This document shows, in pieces, positions 54,722 to 63,641 of a DNA stretch of 64,000 nucleotides (position 1 is the first letter of the stretch; every line of letters begins with the position of its first letter). A program made the position numbers and the translations under genes. This DNA comes from Epithemia pelagica. Its lineage: Eukaryota > Protista > Bacillariophyta. The notes beneath the pieces were generated by a model. The model was not told where the DNA came from. It searched no databases and saw nothing but the letters and a program-made list of their open reading frames with translations. The stretch spans positions 2,666,001 through 2,730,000 of the forward strand of contig OX337237.1 in NCBI GenBank assembly GCA_946965045.2. Direction: 5' to 3'.

Positions 54722-55482
54722 TGTTAGGATTCTCACCGAAAACTAGGTGGCGAAACCTACAACTCATCGAATGATGCTAGTATTTTATGGCATCCGATGA
54801 CATTTTCCTAAAAAAAGTGAGAAAAGAATGTCGGCATGCTCGCGAAACTATAAATTTGGCCACGGCATGCTCGCAGTGCACGCGTTATCGGCGACCGCTC
54901 GGATATTAACTATGGCCCAACACGTGCGCGCCCAAAACTATCAAGTGCGCGCCTCTACTATCCGAGTACGCGCATCCACGATTCGACCTAACGGTCTATG
55001 TAATCAAAGCACGAATCACGATCACGCGAGACCATATCTCTGTTCCCACAAATCCAAGAATGCAAACAGCAACGCGCCCAGGACAAGACTTATACCACGA
55101 CAAAGCAAGAGCTGTTGCATCCCATACATGTTATCCATCACCCTATACATTCAATATACACCAATGCCGGTCTACTCCAACCAGTGAGGACCTATCACAC
55201 CAGATCCATGGCCGTATGCAAGAGCCAGGACTTCGGCACCGTCAACCACCTTAGTTAGTAATCGTCTCACAATCATTAATATCACCATTTTAACACTCAT
55301 CTTAAGACTTACCTCTTATCAGTGGACCGACTGCCCCCACCCACGGCGGACTTCGACTTGCAACTCTTCTCTGACCCGTGGAGGATTGTTGTATCGGTTG
55401 GTGATTCGATTGTCGGCTCAGCGAGCCTTTTACCTATCCTAACTATCTGTCTAACCCCTGTTGAATCGAGAGAAGTTTATCA
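54722..55482 (+). repeat. 5' LTR of element B
   Basis: TG...CA ends; two mismatches seen against 62287-63047. Confidence 0.95.
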
Positions 55483-55496
55483 GATTAACAGTCTCA
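55483..55496 (+). promoter_or_regulatory. Primer binding site of element B
   Basis: GATTAACAGTCTCA directly after the LTR CA. Confidence 0.75.
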
Positions 55497-55520
55497 TCGT
55501 TTATTTCCGAGAAGCTTTCG

Positions 55521-56276
55521 ATGTCTCACGACGATTCCAACCTCTCTATTCGACACATCTTTCATTCCTTCCAACAAAGCGGGGAGGAACTCCATCCACC
55601 CGTGGCCCATCCGGGCGAGCCCTTGATTGAAACTCCGAAACCGACCCCGACTCAGGCCAGTGCTCCGAATCCCTTCCAGACCCCGGACCAAGTGGTCCAG
55701 CCTCCTTCGATCCCGACTCAACCTTCGACTCCGCCTCGCCGTTTGAACCCTACTCGCACCCGACGTACGAGCCGTCTTCTTACTGCGCATATCCGACACT
55801 TCCGCGAGCCGACTGAGTCGACTACCGACCCCGACGTGATCCGTTCCACAACCGAACGCGAGATCGATTTCCAGTCCGTCCAACCCGTGACTGACCTTGA
55901 GGACATCCAACGACTTCTCGACCTCTTGAACCAGTGCTCAAGACGCCGTTTCATTGTCCAAGCCCTGTTGGGCAACCCTGTGGAACCTATCCGTATTCGA
56001 TTCATCTCCTTTGAACGTCCAACCAACTACTTCCACACCATCTGGATCGTCAACTCGACGACGAATCCGCTACCTACCCCGACTACTCGTCTCGACGAGT
56101 ACGTCTCCTTTGTTCACGAGATCCATCTCTGCCAGGATTTCCGTGCGACTATCTACCCTCTCTTCACTCAACACGTGAACCACTTGTTGGAAGACGACGA
56201 CGTTGAAGAACTAGCCACTACAGTGACCGATTCCGCATCTCGTCTTCAGTACCGAGCCGAAAGTGACCAAGAATAA
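55521..56276 (+). CDS. ORF1 of element B: extra sense ORF of unknown function (251 aa from the first ATG)
   Basis: Homologous to ORF1 of A (PPRRL.P.R.RRT.RL, FQSV, RRR...AL.GNP, FERPT.Y, RLD.YV, RATIYPL). Confidence 0.85.
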   Translation: MSHDDSNLSIRHIFHSFQQSGEELHPPVAHPGEPLIETPKPTPTQASAPNPFQTPDQVVQPPSIPTQPSTPPRRLNPTRTRRTSRLLTAHIRHFREPTESTTDPDVIRSTTEREIDFQSVQPVTDLEDIQRLLDLLNQCSRRRFIVQALLGNPVEPIRIRFISFERPTNYFHTIWIVNSTTNPLPTPTTRLDEYVSFVHEIHLCQDFRATIYPLFTQHVNHLLEDDDVEELATTVTDSASRLQYRAESDQE

Positions 56277-56325
56277 GTAACTTTACGTAGTTTCTACACC
56301 AAACCAGACACAAGACCGAGTTCCG

Positions 56326-56610
56326 TCCAAGACTTAAACTCAACGCACATCCGGGTACCCTTGGTCGCACAACACGCCACACATTCCCGTCAAATCGCGA
56401 AAATTCGGCGAAAATTTGTTGAAACTCGGCGAAAATTTGTCGGAATCAACGGAAATTTCCAGGAGTCGCACATCACAACACACATCCGGGTATCACATAC
56501 GTGGTACATACGTGGCACACGTGGTACATCCGGGTTCACATCACATCACACATTAAATAAACCACATCACACCGCACATTAAATAAACATCGAACCAACC
56601 AAATAACATC
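56326..56610 (+). promoter_or_regulatory. 285-bp pre-gag leader of element B
   Basis: Near-identical to the element A leader; ends at the gag ATG. Confidence 0.8.
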
Positions 56611-59600
56611 ATGGAAGCGACACCTCCCAAGACACCGTTTACTCCTCCTGAGGACAAGTCAAGTCATATAACCGACCAAGATCTCTTCGACCATATAACT
56701 AAAGGCATCTTTGGTTGTAATGATGAACAAGCCCAATCACTTCAAAAGTGGATGCGACATCATGGTTTTGAACATATCCTTCATGTCCTCGACCATGTTG
56801 CAACTGATCCCGAGGAGACACTCAAGGATCTCATGCAATACAAGGTTGGAAAGCAAGTCAACGACCTACAGACAAGTACAAGATTACAACTCAAACTAAT
56901 GGCATATTGGTTACTACAACAACGGCAACTCCAACATGGAAAACTACCCCGTGCTACATGGATGAACCTCACGAGGGACCAATATGACGATTGGAGGATC
57001 AACACCGACTTTACCAAGTCTGGTATGAACCAAGACCCAGTTTCTCCTCTGAAATCACCTGCACACTCCGTATCATCCCGATCTCCCACTACATCCTCTA
57101 CAACATCTCAATCCATGTTAGATCTCTCTGCTTTCAAGAAAGGAACCAAAAGAGATGCAACAGCATTTGAATCATTCAAAGACGAACGATACTTTGATTC
57201 GTTTTGGCGTGTATTCAAATCAACTGCGAAAGCACAAGGATTGTCGAATGTTCTTGATTTCAATTACAAGGTACCCAAGGATGACGAATGCGCAGAGTTA
57301 CTTTTCCGAGAACAACAAGTCTTTGTCTATTCTGTACTTGTACGTATTATCCAAACCGACCAAGGAAGAGCATACGTTCGAGAACATGAACATGATGAAG
57401 ATGCAAGAGCCGTCTTGAAGAAACTCCATGTTCTACACACTGAATCTGATCTAGCTAAGCGAGAAGTGTTACGCCTAACAAGCTACATTTCGAATCTTCG
57501 ACTGGATGACTCTTGGCGTGGTACAACTCGTCAGTTTCTCCTACATTTCCAAGAACAGCTACGACTTCTGGATAACCTTGTACCACTGTCGGATCGTATC
57601 CATGACCATACAAGGATGACCTTCCTTATGCAAGCTGTTGAAAAAGTACCTGATTTAAGACGAGTCAAGATCTTGGATAACGTTGTCAACACAAAATCTG
57701 GAGCCAAGTCTCTCTGTTATCAATCATATTTCCGCCTGCTTCTTGATGCTGCTTTTGACCATGACAAAGCTACCCGAATTTCTGCGTCTAACCGCCGTCG
57801 TCATGTAAAGCAACATGAATTTCAGTTGGATGAACCTTTTGAACCAGTGGAGCCCCCTGACTACCAGATCAACAACACGAATATCCAATCCGAAAAGTCC
57901 CCAACTTCGTCGAAAATCAGCCTTCCAAGAGATGTATGGTTTAAACTCTCTGAAGAGGATTGGCAAATCATTGTCGACTTCAATAAATCCGTCCAAGATT
58001 CCCCGACAATTCCACGCAAGGTCCAAACACATTCTCTTGACATTGATCCTGAACCGGACCCTGATCCTGATGCCAACAACATTGGTGATACCCATCAAGA
58101 TGCACCAGAACAAGATCCATTCGATACATCCTCTGATCCGGTTACCCAGTTCGTACACCAAGCTATTGCATCGACAGATATCAATCATCCAGCATCTGAC
58201 CTCAGCAACATCTTGTCAACTTCTACGACAAAGTCAAGTCCTAAAGTCAAGTTCAAGTCTTCTGCCGATCACAAGCAAAAGGTTCATATGTCACGGTATC
58301 TATTCTCCCGCAAATCCACCTTTTCTGGTAATCAACTCATCGATCGAGGTGCCAATGGAGGCCTTGCAGGATCTGACATGCGCATCCTTGCCAAAACCGG
58401 ACGTCATATTACCATCGTAGGTATTGACAATCATGAATTGACTGGCCTTCCAGTTGTTACCTGTGCTGCCAAGTTTGATACAAGTGATGGACCCATTATT
58501 GGTATCTTCAATGAGTATGCCCACTATGGAAAGGGTTTATCTATCCATGCCCCAGCGCAATTTGAACATTTCGGCCTATCTGTCGACGAACGATCCGTCA
58601 AGGTTGATGGCAAACAACGCATTACTACCCTTGATGGACGTGCATTGCCCTTACGAATCAAGGATGGCCTTGCATACATTCAATCTCTGGGAATCCCTTC
58701 TTATGACGATATGGATAAATATCCGCATATTGTGTTCACTTCACCCCATATCTGGGATCCTTCTGTACTTGACCATATCCATCCAGACCCCCATCAAGAC
58801 CCTGCACCGAACTGGACATCTGTGGAGACTGATGGTAGTATGGAAACGTATCCCTATGACCAATATGGGGAGTATACCGATCGCGTTGTATGCACTTTGA
58901 ATCTCCTCCTTGATCTCCCATATGATCATGGCCCCGATACACCTTCCTTCTTTTCCATCTATGCTGATCAAGATGGCAATGACCCCACACTTCATGCGTC
59001 TGTCCACAAGCTCTACAAGGAACAATACGACTGGAAGAAATTTCGCCCTTTCTTTGGGTGGCAATCGGAAGATGTAATCGCAGATACGTTCAAGCATACA
59101 ACTCGTCATGGACACATTTCCTTTGACCAGGATACCTTGAAGAAACATTTTAAGGCCCGGAATCCTATCCTTAACCTACCACGACGGCATGAACCCGTTG
59201 CCACTGACTCCATCTTCTCCGACACCCCGGCTGTTAACCATGGTGGCAAGATTGCTCAGATTTTTGTTGGTCGTGATACTTTGGTTACTGACATTTATGG
59301 TATCAAGTCTACCAAGCAATTCGTCAATACCCTCCAGGATAACATTCGTACACGTGGTGTCATGGAGACTTTGATCAGTGATGGTGGTTCGTCACTTATT
59401 TCCCACAAGGTCAAGGATATTCTTCGCACCCTTCTGATTGGTGAATACCGTTCCGAGCCCTATCATCAACACCAGAACAAAGCTGAGAACCGCTACCAGA
59501 CCGTTAAGCGTATGACCAACGCTATCATGAATGCCTCTGGTTGCCCTGCTTCTGCATGGTTACTTTGTTTAGAATATGTGTGTGACCTCCTCAATCACAC

Positions 59601-62292
59601 TTCCTCTCCCACCCACTCTGGCCGCACCCCTCTTGAGGCTCTTACCGGTACCCCACCCGACATTACCCATCTCCTTTTCTTTCCTTTCTGGGATGAGGTC
59701 TACTATCGTGTCGACCCTTCTGAACCTACCTCCGGTTCTTACCCTTCGTCTCCCGACGAGAAGCTTGGCCACTGGGTTGGTTTTGCCCACAATGTTGGTG
59801 ATGCCTTTACTTGGAAGATCCTCACTGCCGACAACGTCATCATCTACCGTTCCGCTGTCCGTCGCGTTGCCTCCACTACCCCCAACCTTCGTGTGGATAT
59901 CTCTTCAGGGGAGGAGTCGCCGCATAAACCCACTGACAAGCAAGGTGACACTGTCTTTATTCGCAGCAGAAGTGAAGACCCATCCACACCTATGCCAACA
60001 ATTGACTATGACGATTTAGTTGGACGCACATTCCTTTGTGACACTGAAGAGAATGGGGAGCGCCACCGAGCACGAGTAATCAAACGAGTTGTCGACCTGG
60101 AACAAGATGCAACCAAACAAGAAGATCGACTCAAATACATCTTTCGCAAGTCTAACTCCAATGTTGATGAGATGATCTCCTACAACCAGCTCATGGAATA
60201 CATTGAAAGGGATAATCAAGCCCAAACGACAGGGGATAGTCTCTTCCGATTCAGAGACGTTATTGCACACCAAGGACCTTTGAACTCAAGCGACCCAGAC
60301 TATAAAGGGAGTAAATATAATGTCCTTGTTGATTGGGAGACTGGGGAGACGACATACGAACCTCTATCTCTTATTGCAAATGATGACCCCATCACAGTCG
60401 CCATCTATGCCAAGAAAAATGGTTTGCTGGATCTACCTGGATGGAAACATCTCAAGCGATACGTCAAGACAAGCAAAAGACTCATTCGAGCAGCTAAACA
60501 ATCCAGGATCAAACAAGTTCGTCGCTCTATCAAGTACAAGTTTGGTTTCCAAGTACCTCGCACCTATGAAGAAGCAGTGGAACTAGACAAGCAGTTTGGG
60601 AACACGAAATGGCAAGACGCAACAGAATTGGAACTCTCACAGATCCAATCGTATAACACTTTCAAGAACCACGGAAAAGCCAAGTTCATTAATGGGAAAT
60701 TGGCCAATGCACCAGAAGGATATCATAAGATAAGAGTACATCTGGTCTTTGATGTCAAGCATGACGGAAGGCACAAGGCACGACTTGTCGCAGATGGACA
60801 TCTCACCAAGGAACCCGTTGAGACCATCTATTCAGGGGTTGTCTCCATTCGCAACCTTCGCATTGCCATATTTCTTGGAACCATGAACGACATGGAAATA
60901 TGGGGAGCAGATATTGGGAACGCATACCTAGAAGCATTGACAGGAGAGAAGATTTTCATCATTGCAGGACCAGAGTTCAAGGAGTTAGAAGGACATATCT
61001 TGATCATCTACAAGGCATTATATGGTCTCAAATCCTCAGGTGCTCGCTGGCATGACAAACTGTTTGATGTTCTCATTGATATGGGATTTTCTCCAAGCAA
61101 GGCTGACCCTGATATTTGGATGAAGAAGGCTCCTGGAGAAGACTGTTATGAATATATCGCTGTATATGTTGATGACTTAGCTATCGTTGCCATGGACCCT
61201 GAAGCTGTCTGCAAGATCTTTACAGAAAAATACAACTTCAAACTCAAAGGAGTCGGACCTATCGAGTATCATTTGGGGTGTCGTTATACCAAAGATCCAG
61301 ACGGTACACTTGTGTCTGACCCACGAAGATACATCGAGAAGATGATGGATACCTATGAACGATTGTTCAATGAGAAACCCAAGAAAGCAAAGCCGCCAGT
61401 CATTGCTAACGATCATCCTGAACTCGATGACTCTGAGCTCTTAGATGAAGAAGGGACCCAGCATTTCCAGACTCTTATTGGACAACTGCAATGGCTAATT
61501 ACCATTGGCCGTTTTGATGTCTTTCCTGCTACCATGACTCTATCAAGGTTCAGAGCTGCTCCAAGGATTGGTCATTTGAAGCGAGTTAAGCGCATCTATG
61601 GATACCTCATGTCATTTCCTGATGGGTCTATCAGATTCCGCACTGGGGAGCCAGATTTATCAGCTTTACCTATCCAAGAATACGATTGGAGTCGTACTGT
61701 ATATATGGACGCCAAGGAACGTATCCCTGAGGACTGTCCAACCCCACTTGGGCGTTTTGTGACAACTATACATTATGTCGACGCAAATCTCATGCATGAT
61801 ATTGTTACTGGGAAAGCAGTTACAGCCATCCTGCATTTTGTAAATGGTACACCCGTGGACTGGTACAGTAAGCGACAAGCCACAGTGGAAACAGCCACGT
61901 ATGGATCTGAATTTGTTGCCGCAAGGACTGCAGTTGATCAGATCACGGAGCTACGCCTTACACTCCGATACTTGGGAGTCCCTCTGCGAGAGAAGAGTTA
62001 CATGTTTGGAGATAACCGCTCTGTCGTTATCAATAGCACCACACCACACTCAATCATCTCCAAGAGGCACCATCTCCTATCCTATCACCGAGTCCGTGAA
62101 GCTATCGCTGCAAAGTACGTCGCATTCTACTGGAAAGATGGAAAGACAAACCCAGCTGATATCCTCAGTAAACATTGGGAATTCGCCGCAGTTTGGCCCA
62201 TGCTCAGATCTTTGTTATTCTGGAGAGGAAAAATCCAGGAAAATGATGAGGGAATTGACAAGCCTCATTCGACGAATTGTGGGGAGTGTTAG
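56611..62292 (+). CDS. Gag-Pol polyprotein of element B (1893 aa)
   Basis: Same motif set as A, in Copia order. Clearly diverged from A, most strongly in the Gag N-terminus. Confidence 0.97.
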   Translation: MEATPPKTPFTPPEDKSSHITDQDLFDHITKGIFGCNDEQAQSLQKWMRHHGFEHILHVLDHVATDPEETLKDLMQYKVGKQVNDLQTSTRLQLKLMAYWLLQQRQLQHGKLPRATWMNLTRDQYDDWRINTDFTKSGMNQDPVSPLKSPAHSVSSRSPTTSSTTSQSMLDLSAFKKGTKRDATAFESFKDERYFDSFWRVFKSTAKAQGLSNVLDFNYKVPKDDECAELLFREQQVFVYSVLVRIIQTDQGRAYVREHEHDEDARAVLKKLHVLHTESDLAKREVLRLTSYISNLRLDDSWRGTTRQFLLHFQEQLRLLDNLVPLSDRIHDHTRMTFLMQAVEKVPDLRRVKILDNVVNTKSGAKSLCYQSYFRLLLDAAFDHDKATRISASNRRRHVKQHEFQLDEPFEPVEPPDYQINNTNIQSEKSPTSSKISLPRDVWFKLSEEDWQIIVDFNKSVQDSPTIPRKVQTHSLDIDPEPDPDPDANNIGDTHQDAPEQDPFDTSSDPVTQFVHQAIASTDINHPASDLSNILSTSTTKSSPKVKFKSSADHKQKVHMSRYLFSRKSTFSGNQLIDRGANGGLAGSDMRILAKTGRHITIVGIDNHELTGLPVVTCAAKFDTSDGPIIGIFNEYAHYGKGLSIHAPAQFEHFGLSVDERSVKVDGKQRITTLDGRALPLRIKDGLAYIQSLGIPSYDDMDKYPHIVFTSPHIWDPSVLDHIHPDPHQDPAPNWTSVETDGSMETYPYDQYGEYTDRVVCTLNLLLDLPYDHGPDTPSFFSIYADQDGNDPTLHASVHKLYKEQYDWKKFRPFFGWQSEDVIADTFKHTTRHGHISFDQDTLKKHFKARNPILNLPRRHEPVATDSIFSDTPAVNHGGKIAQIFVGRDTLVTDIYGIKSTKQFVNTLQDNIRTRGVMETLISDGGSSLISHKVKDILRTLLIGEYRSEPYHQHQNKAENRYQTVKRMTNAIMNASGCPASAWLLCLEYVCDLLNHTSSPTHSGRTPLEALTGTPPDITHLLFFPFWDEVYYRVDPSEPTSGSYPSSPDEKLGHWVGFAHNVGDAFTWKILTADNVIIYRSAVRRVASTTPNLRVDISSGEESPHKPTDKQGDTVFIRSRSEDPSTPMPTIDYDDLVGRTFLCDTEENGERHRARVIKRVVDLEQDATKQEDRLKYIFRKSNSNVDEMISYNQLMEYIERDNQAQTTGDSLFRFRDVIAHQGPLNSSDPDYKGSKYNVLVDWETGETTYEPLSLIANDDPITVAIYAKKNGLLDLPGWKHLKRYVKTSKRLIRAAKQSRIKQVRRSIKYKFGFQVPRTYEEAVELDKQFGNTKWQDATELELSQIQSYNTFKNHGKAKFINGKLANAPEGYHKIRVHLVFDVKHDGRHKARLVADGHLTKEPVETIYSGVVSIRNLRIAIFLGTMNDMEIWGADIGNAYLEALTGEKIFIIAGPEFKELEGHILIIYKALYGLKSSGARWHDKLFDVLIDMGFSPSKADPDIWMKKAPGEDCYEYIAVYVDDLAIVAMDPEAVCKIFTEKYNFKLKGVGPIEYHLGCRYTKDPDGTLVSDPRRYIEKMMDTYERLFNEKPKKAKPPVIANDHPELDDSELLDEEGTQHFQTLIGQLQWLITIGRFDVFPATMTLSRFRAAPRIGHLKRVKRIYGYLMSFPDGSIRFRTGEPDLSALPIQEYDWSRTVYMDAKERIPEDCPTPLGRFVTTIHYVDANLMHDIVTGKAVTAILHFVNGTPVDWYSKRQATVETATYGSEFVAARTAVDQITELRLTLRYLGVPLREKSYMFGDNRSVVINSTTPHSIISKRHHLLSYHRVREAIAAKYVAFYWKDGKTNPADILSKHWEFAAVWPMLRSLLFWRGKIQENDEGIDKPHSTNCGEC

Positions 62293-63047
62293 GATTCTCA
62301 CCAAAAACTAGGTGGCGAAACCTACAACTCATCGAATGATGCTAGTATTTTATGGCATCCGATGACATTTTCCTAAAAAAAGTGAGAAAAGAATGTCGGC
62401 ATGCTCGCGAAACTATAAATTTGGCCACGGCATGCTCGCAGTGCACGCGTTATCGGCGACCGCTCGGATATTAACTATGGCCCAACACGTGCGCGCCCAA
62501 AACTATCAAGTGCGCGCCTCTACTATCCGAGTACGCGCATCCACGATTTGACCTAACGGTCTATGTAATCAAAGCACGAATCACGATCACGCGAGACCAT
62601 ATCTCTGTTCCCACAAATCCAAGAATGCAAACAGCAACGCGCCCAGGACAAGACTTATACCACGACAAAGCAAGAGCTGTTGCATCCCATACATGTTATC
62701 CATCACCCTATACATTCAATATACACCAATGCCGGTCTACTCCAACCAGTGAGGACCTATCACACCAGATCCATGGCCGTATGCAAGAGCCAGGACTTCG
62801 GCACCGTCAACCACCTTAGTTAGTAATCGTCTCACAATCATTAATATCACCATTTTAACACTCATCTTAAGACTTACCTCTTATCAGTGGACCGACTGCC
62901 CCCACCCACGGCGGACTTCGACTTGCAACTCTTCTCTGACCCGTGGAGGATTGTTGTATCGGTTGGTGATTCGATTGTCGGCTCAGCGAGCCTTTTACCT
63001 ATCCTAACTATCTGTCTAACCCCTGTTGAATCGAGAGAAGTTTATCA
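62287..63047 (+). repeat. 3' LTR of element B
   Basis: Follows the PPT and is followed by the TSD GATAG. Confidence 0.95.
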
Positions 63048-63052
63048 GATAG

Positions 63053-63641
63053 GTCTACGTGAAATGTTCGGTCCTGCCAAGGGTCATGTGTCATAGGTTC
63101 TTGGCGGCAACAGGTTTGGAATAGTTGGAGTCGATTCATGTGATGTATATGACATGTATATGTGGGCGGATAACATATACAGGGTCAACAGCTCTTGCTT
63201 TGGGTTGGCATAGTTGTTTTCATGGCGCGCAGCTTGTTGACAATTTGGAGATTGTGGGAATGGAAATATGGTCTCGCGTGATCGTGTGTCGTGCTTGGGA
63301 TACTTAGACCGTTGGATCGGATAGATGCCGATAGCGCTCGGATGTCGCTTGGGCGCGCTCGATGATTTCGGGCGCGTACGCTTAGGGCGTTAGTATAATG
63401 TCCGAGCAACGGCCAAATTTATGTCCGTTGTAATACCGCACGACCCAGTTTAGTCTTGAGAGTGAGTTCGTCAATCTATTCTCACTTTTCATGATTTGCG
63501 AAGAAATATAGGTCGATATAGCGCGAAGCTAGGGAACATAGCTCGAAGCTAGATGGCATGATGCGATAGCACGAGGCTATGTGACATGGGGAATCGATGA
63601 GATGTAGAATCTAACCACCATAGACGGTGAGAATTCTAACA
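63053..63641 (-). repeat. U3-side 589 bp of the split 5' LTR of element A
   Basis: Matches 47121-47709 and is followed by the TSD GGTAT. Confidence 0.95.

Larger units (their letters stand above)
54722..63047 (+). mobile_element. Element B: full-length CoDi-type Ty1/copia retrotransposon, 761-bp LTRs, 5-bp TSD GATAG
   Basis: GATAG at 54717-54721 and 63048-63052, against a single copy in the empty site at 47116-47120. LTRs run TGTTAGG...TATCA. PPT GGGGAG at 62281-62286. Confidence 0.97.
46927..63641 (-). mobile_element. Element A: full-length CoDi-type Ty1/copia retrotransposon, 783-bp LTRs, 5-bp TSD GGTAT, 5' LTR interrupted by element B
   Basis: GGTAT at 46922-46926 and 63642-63646. LTRs run TGTTAG...TAACA. 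3' LTR is 46927-47709; 5' LTR is 54528-54721 plus 63053-63641 (194+589=783). PPT GGGGAG at 47710-47715 (minus). Confidence 0.97.

Noticed and set aside
54828-55187. ORF inside LTR B, repeated at 3327-3752 in LTR C
   Set aside because: The similarity reflects DNA identity of the LTRs. The 3' LTR copy has a stop, the lengths differ, and there are no protein-level signs of selection.
47704-62292. Possible giant inverted repeat or mis-assembly of one element
   Set aside because: The two polyproteins and LTR families differ throughout, and two independent perfect TSDs plus an intact empty site at 47116-47120 explain the structure as a nested insertion.
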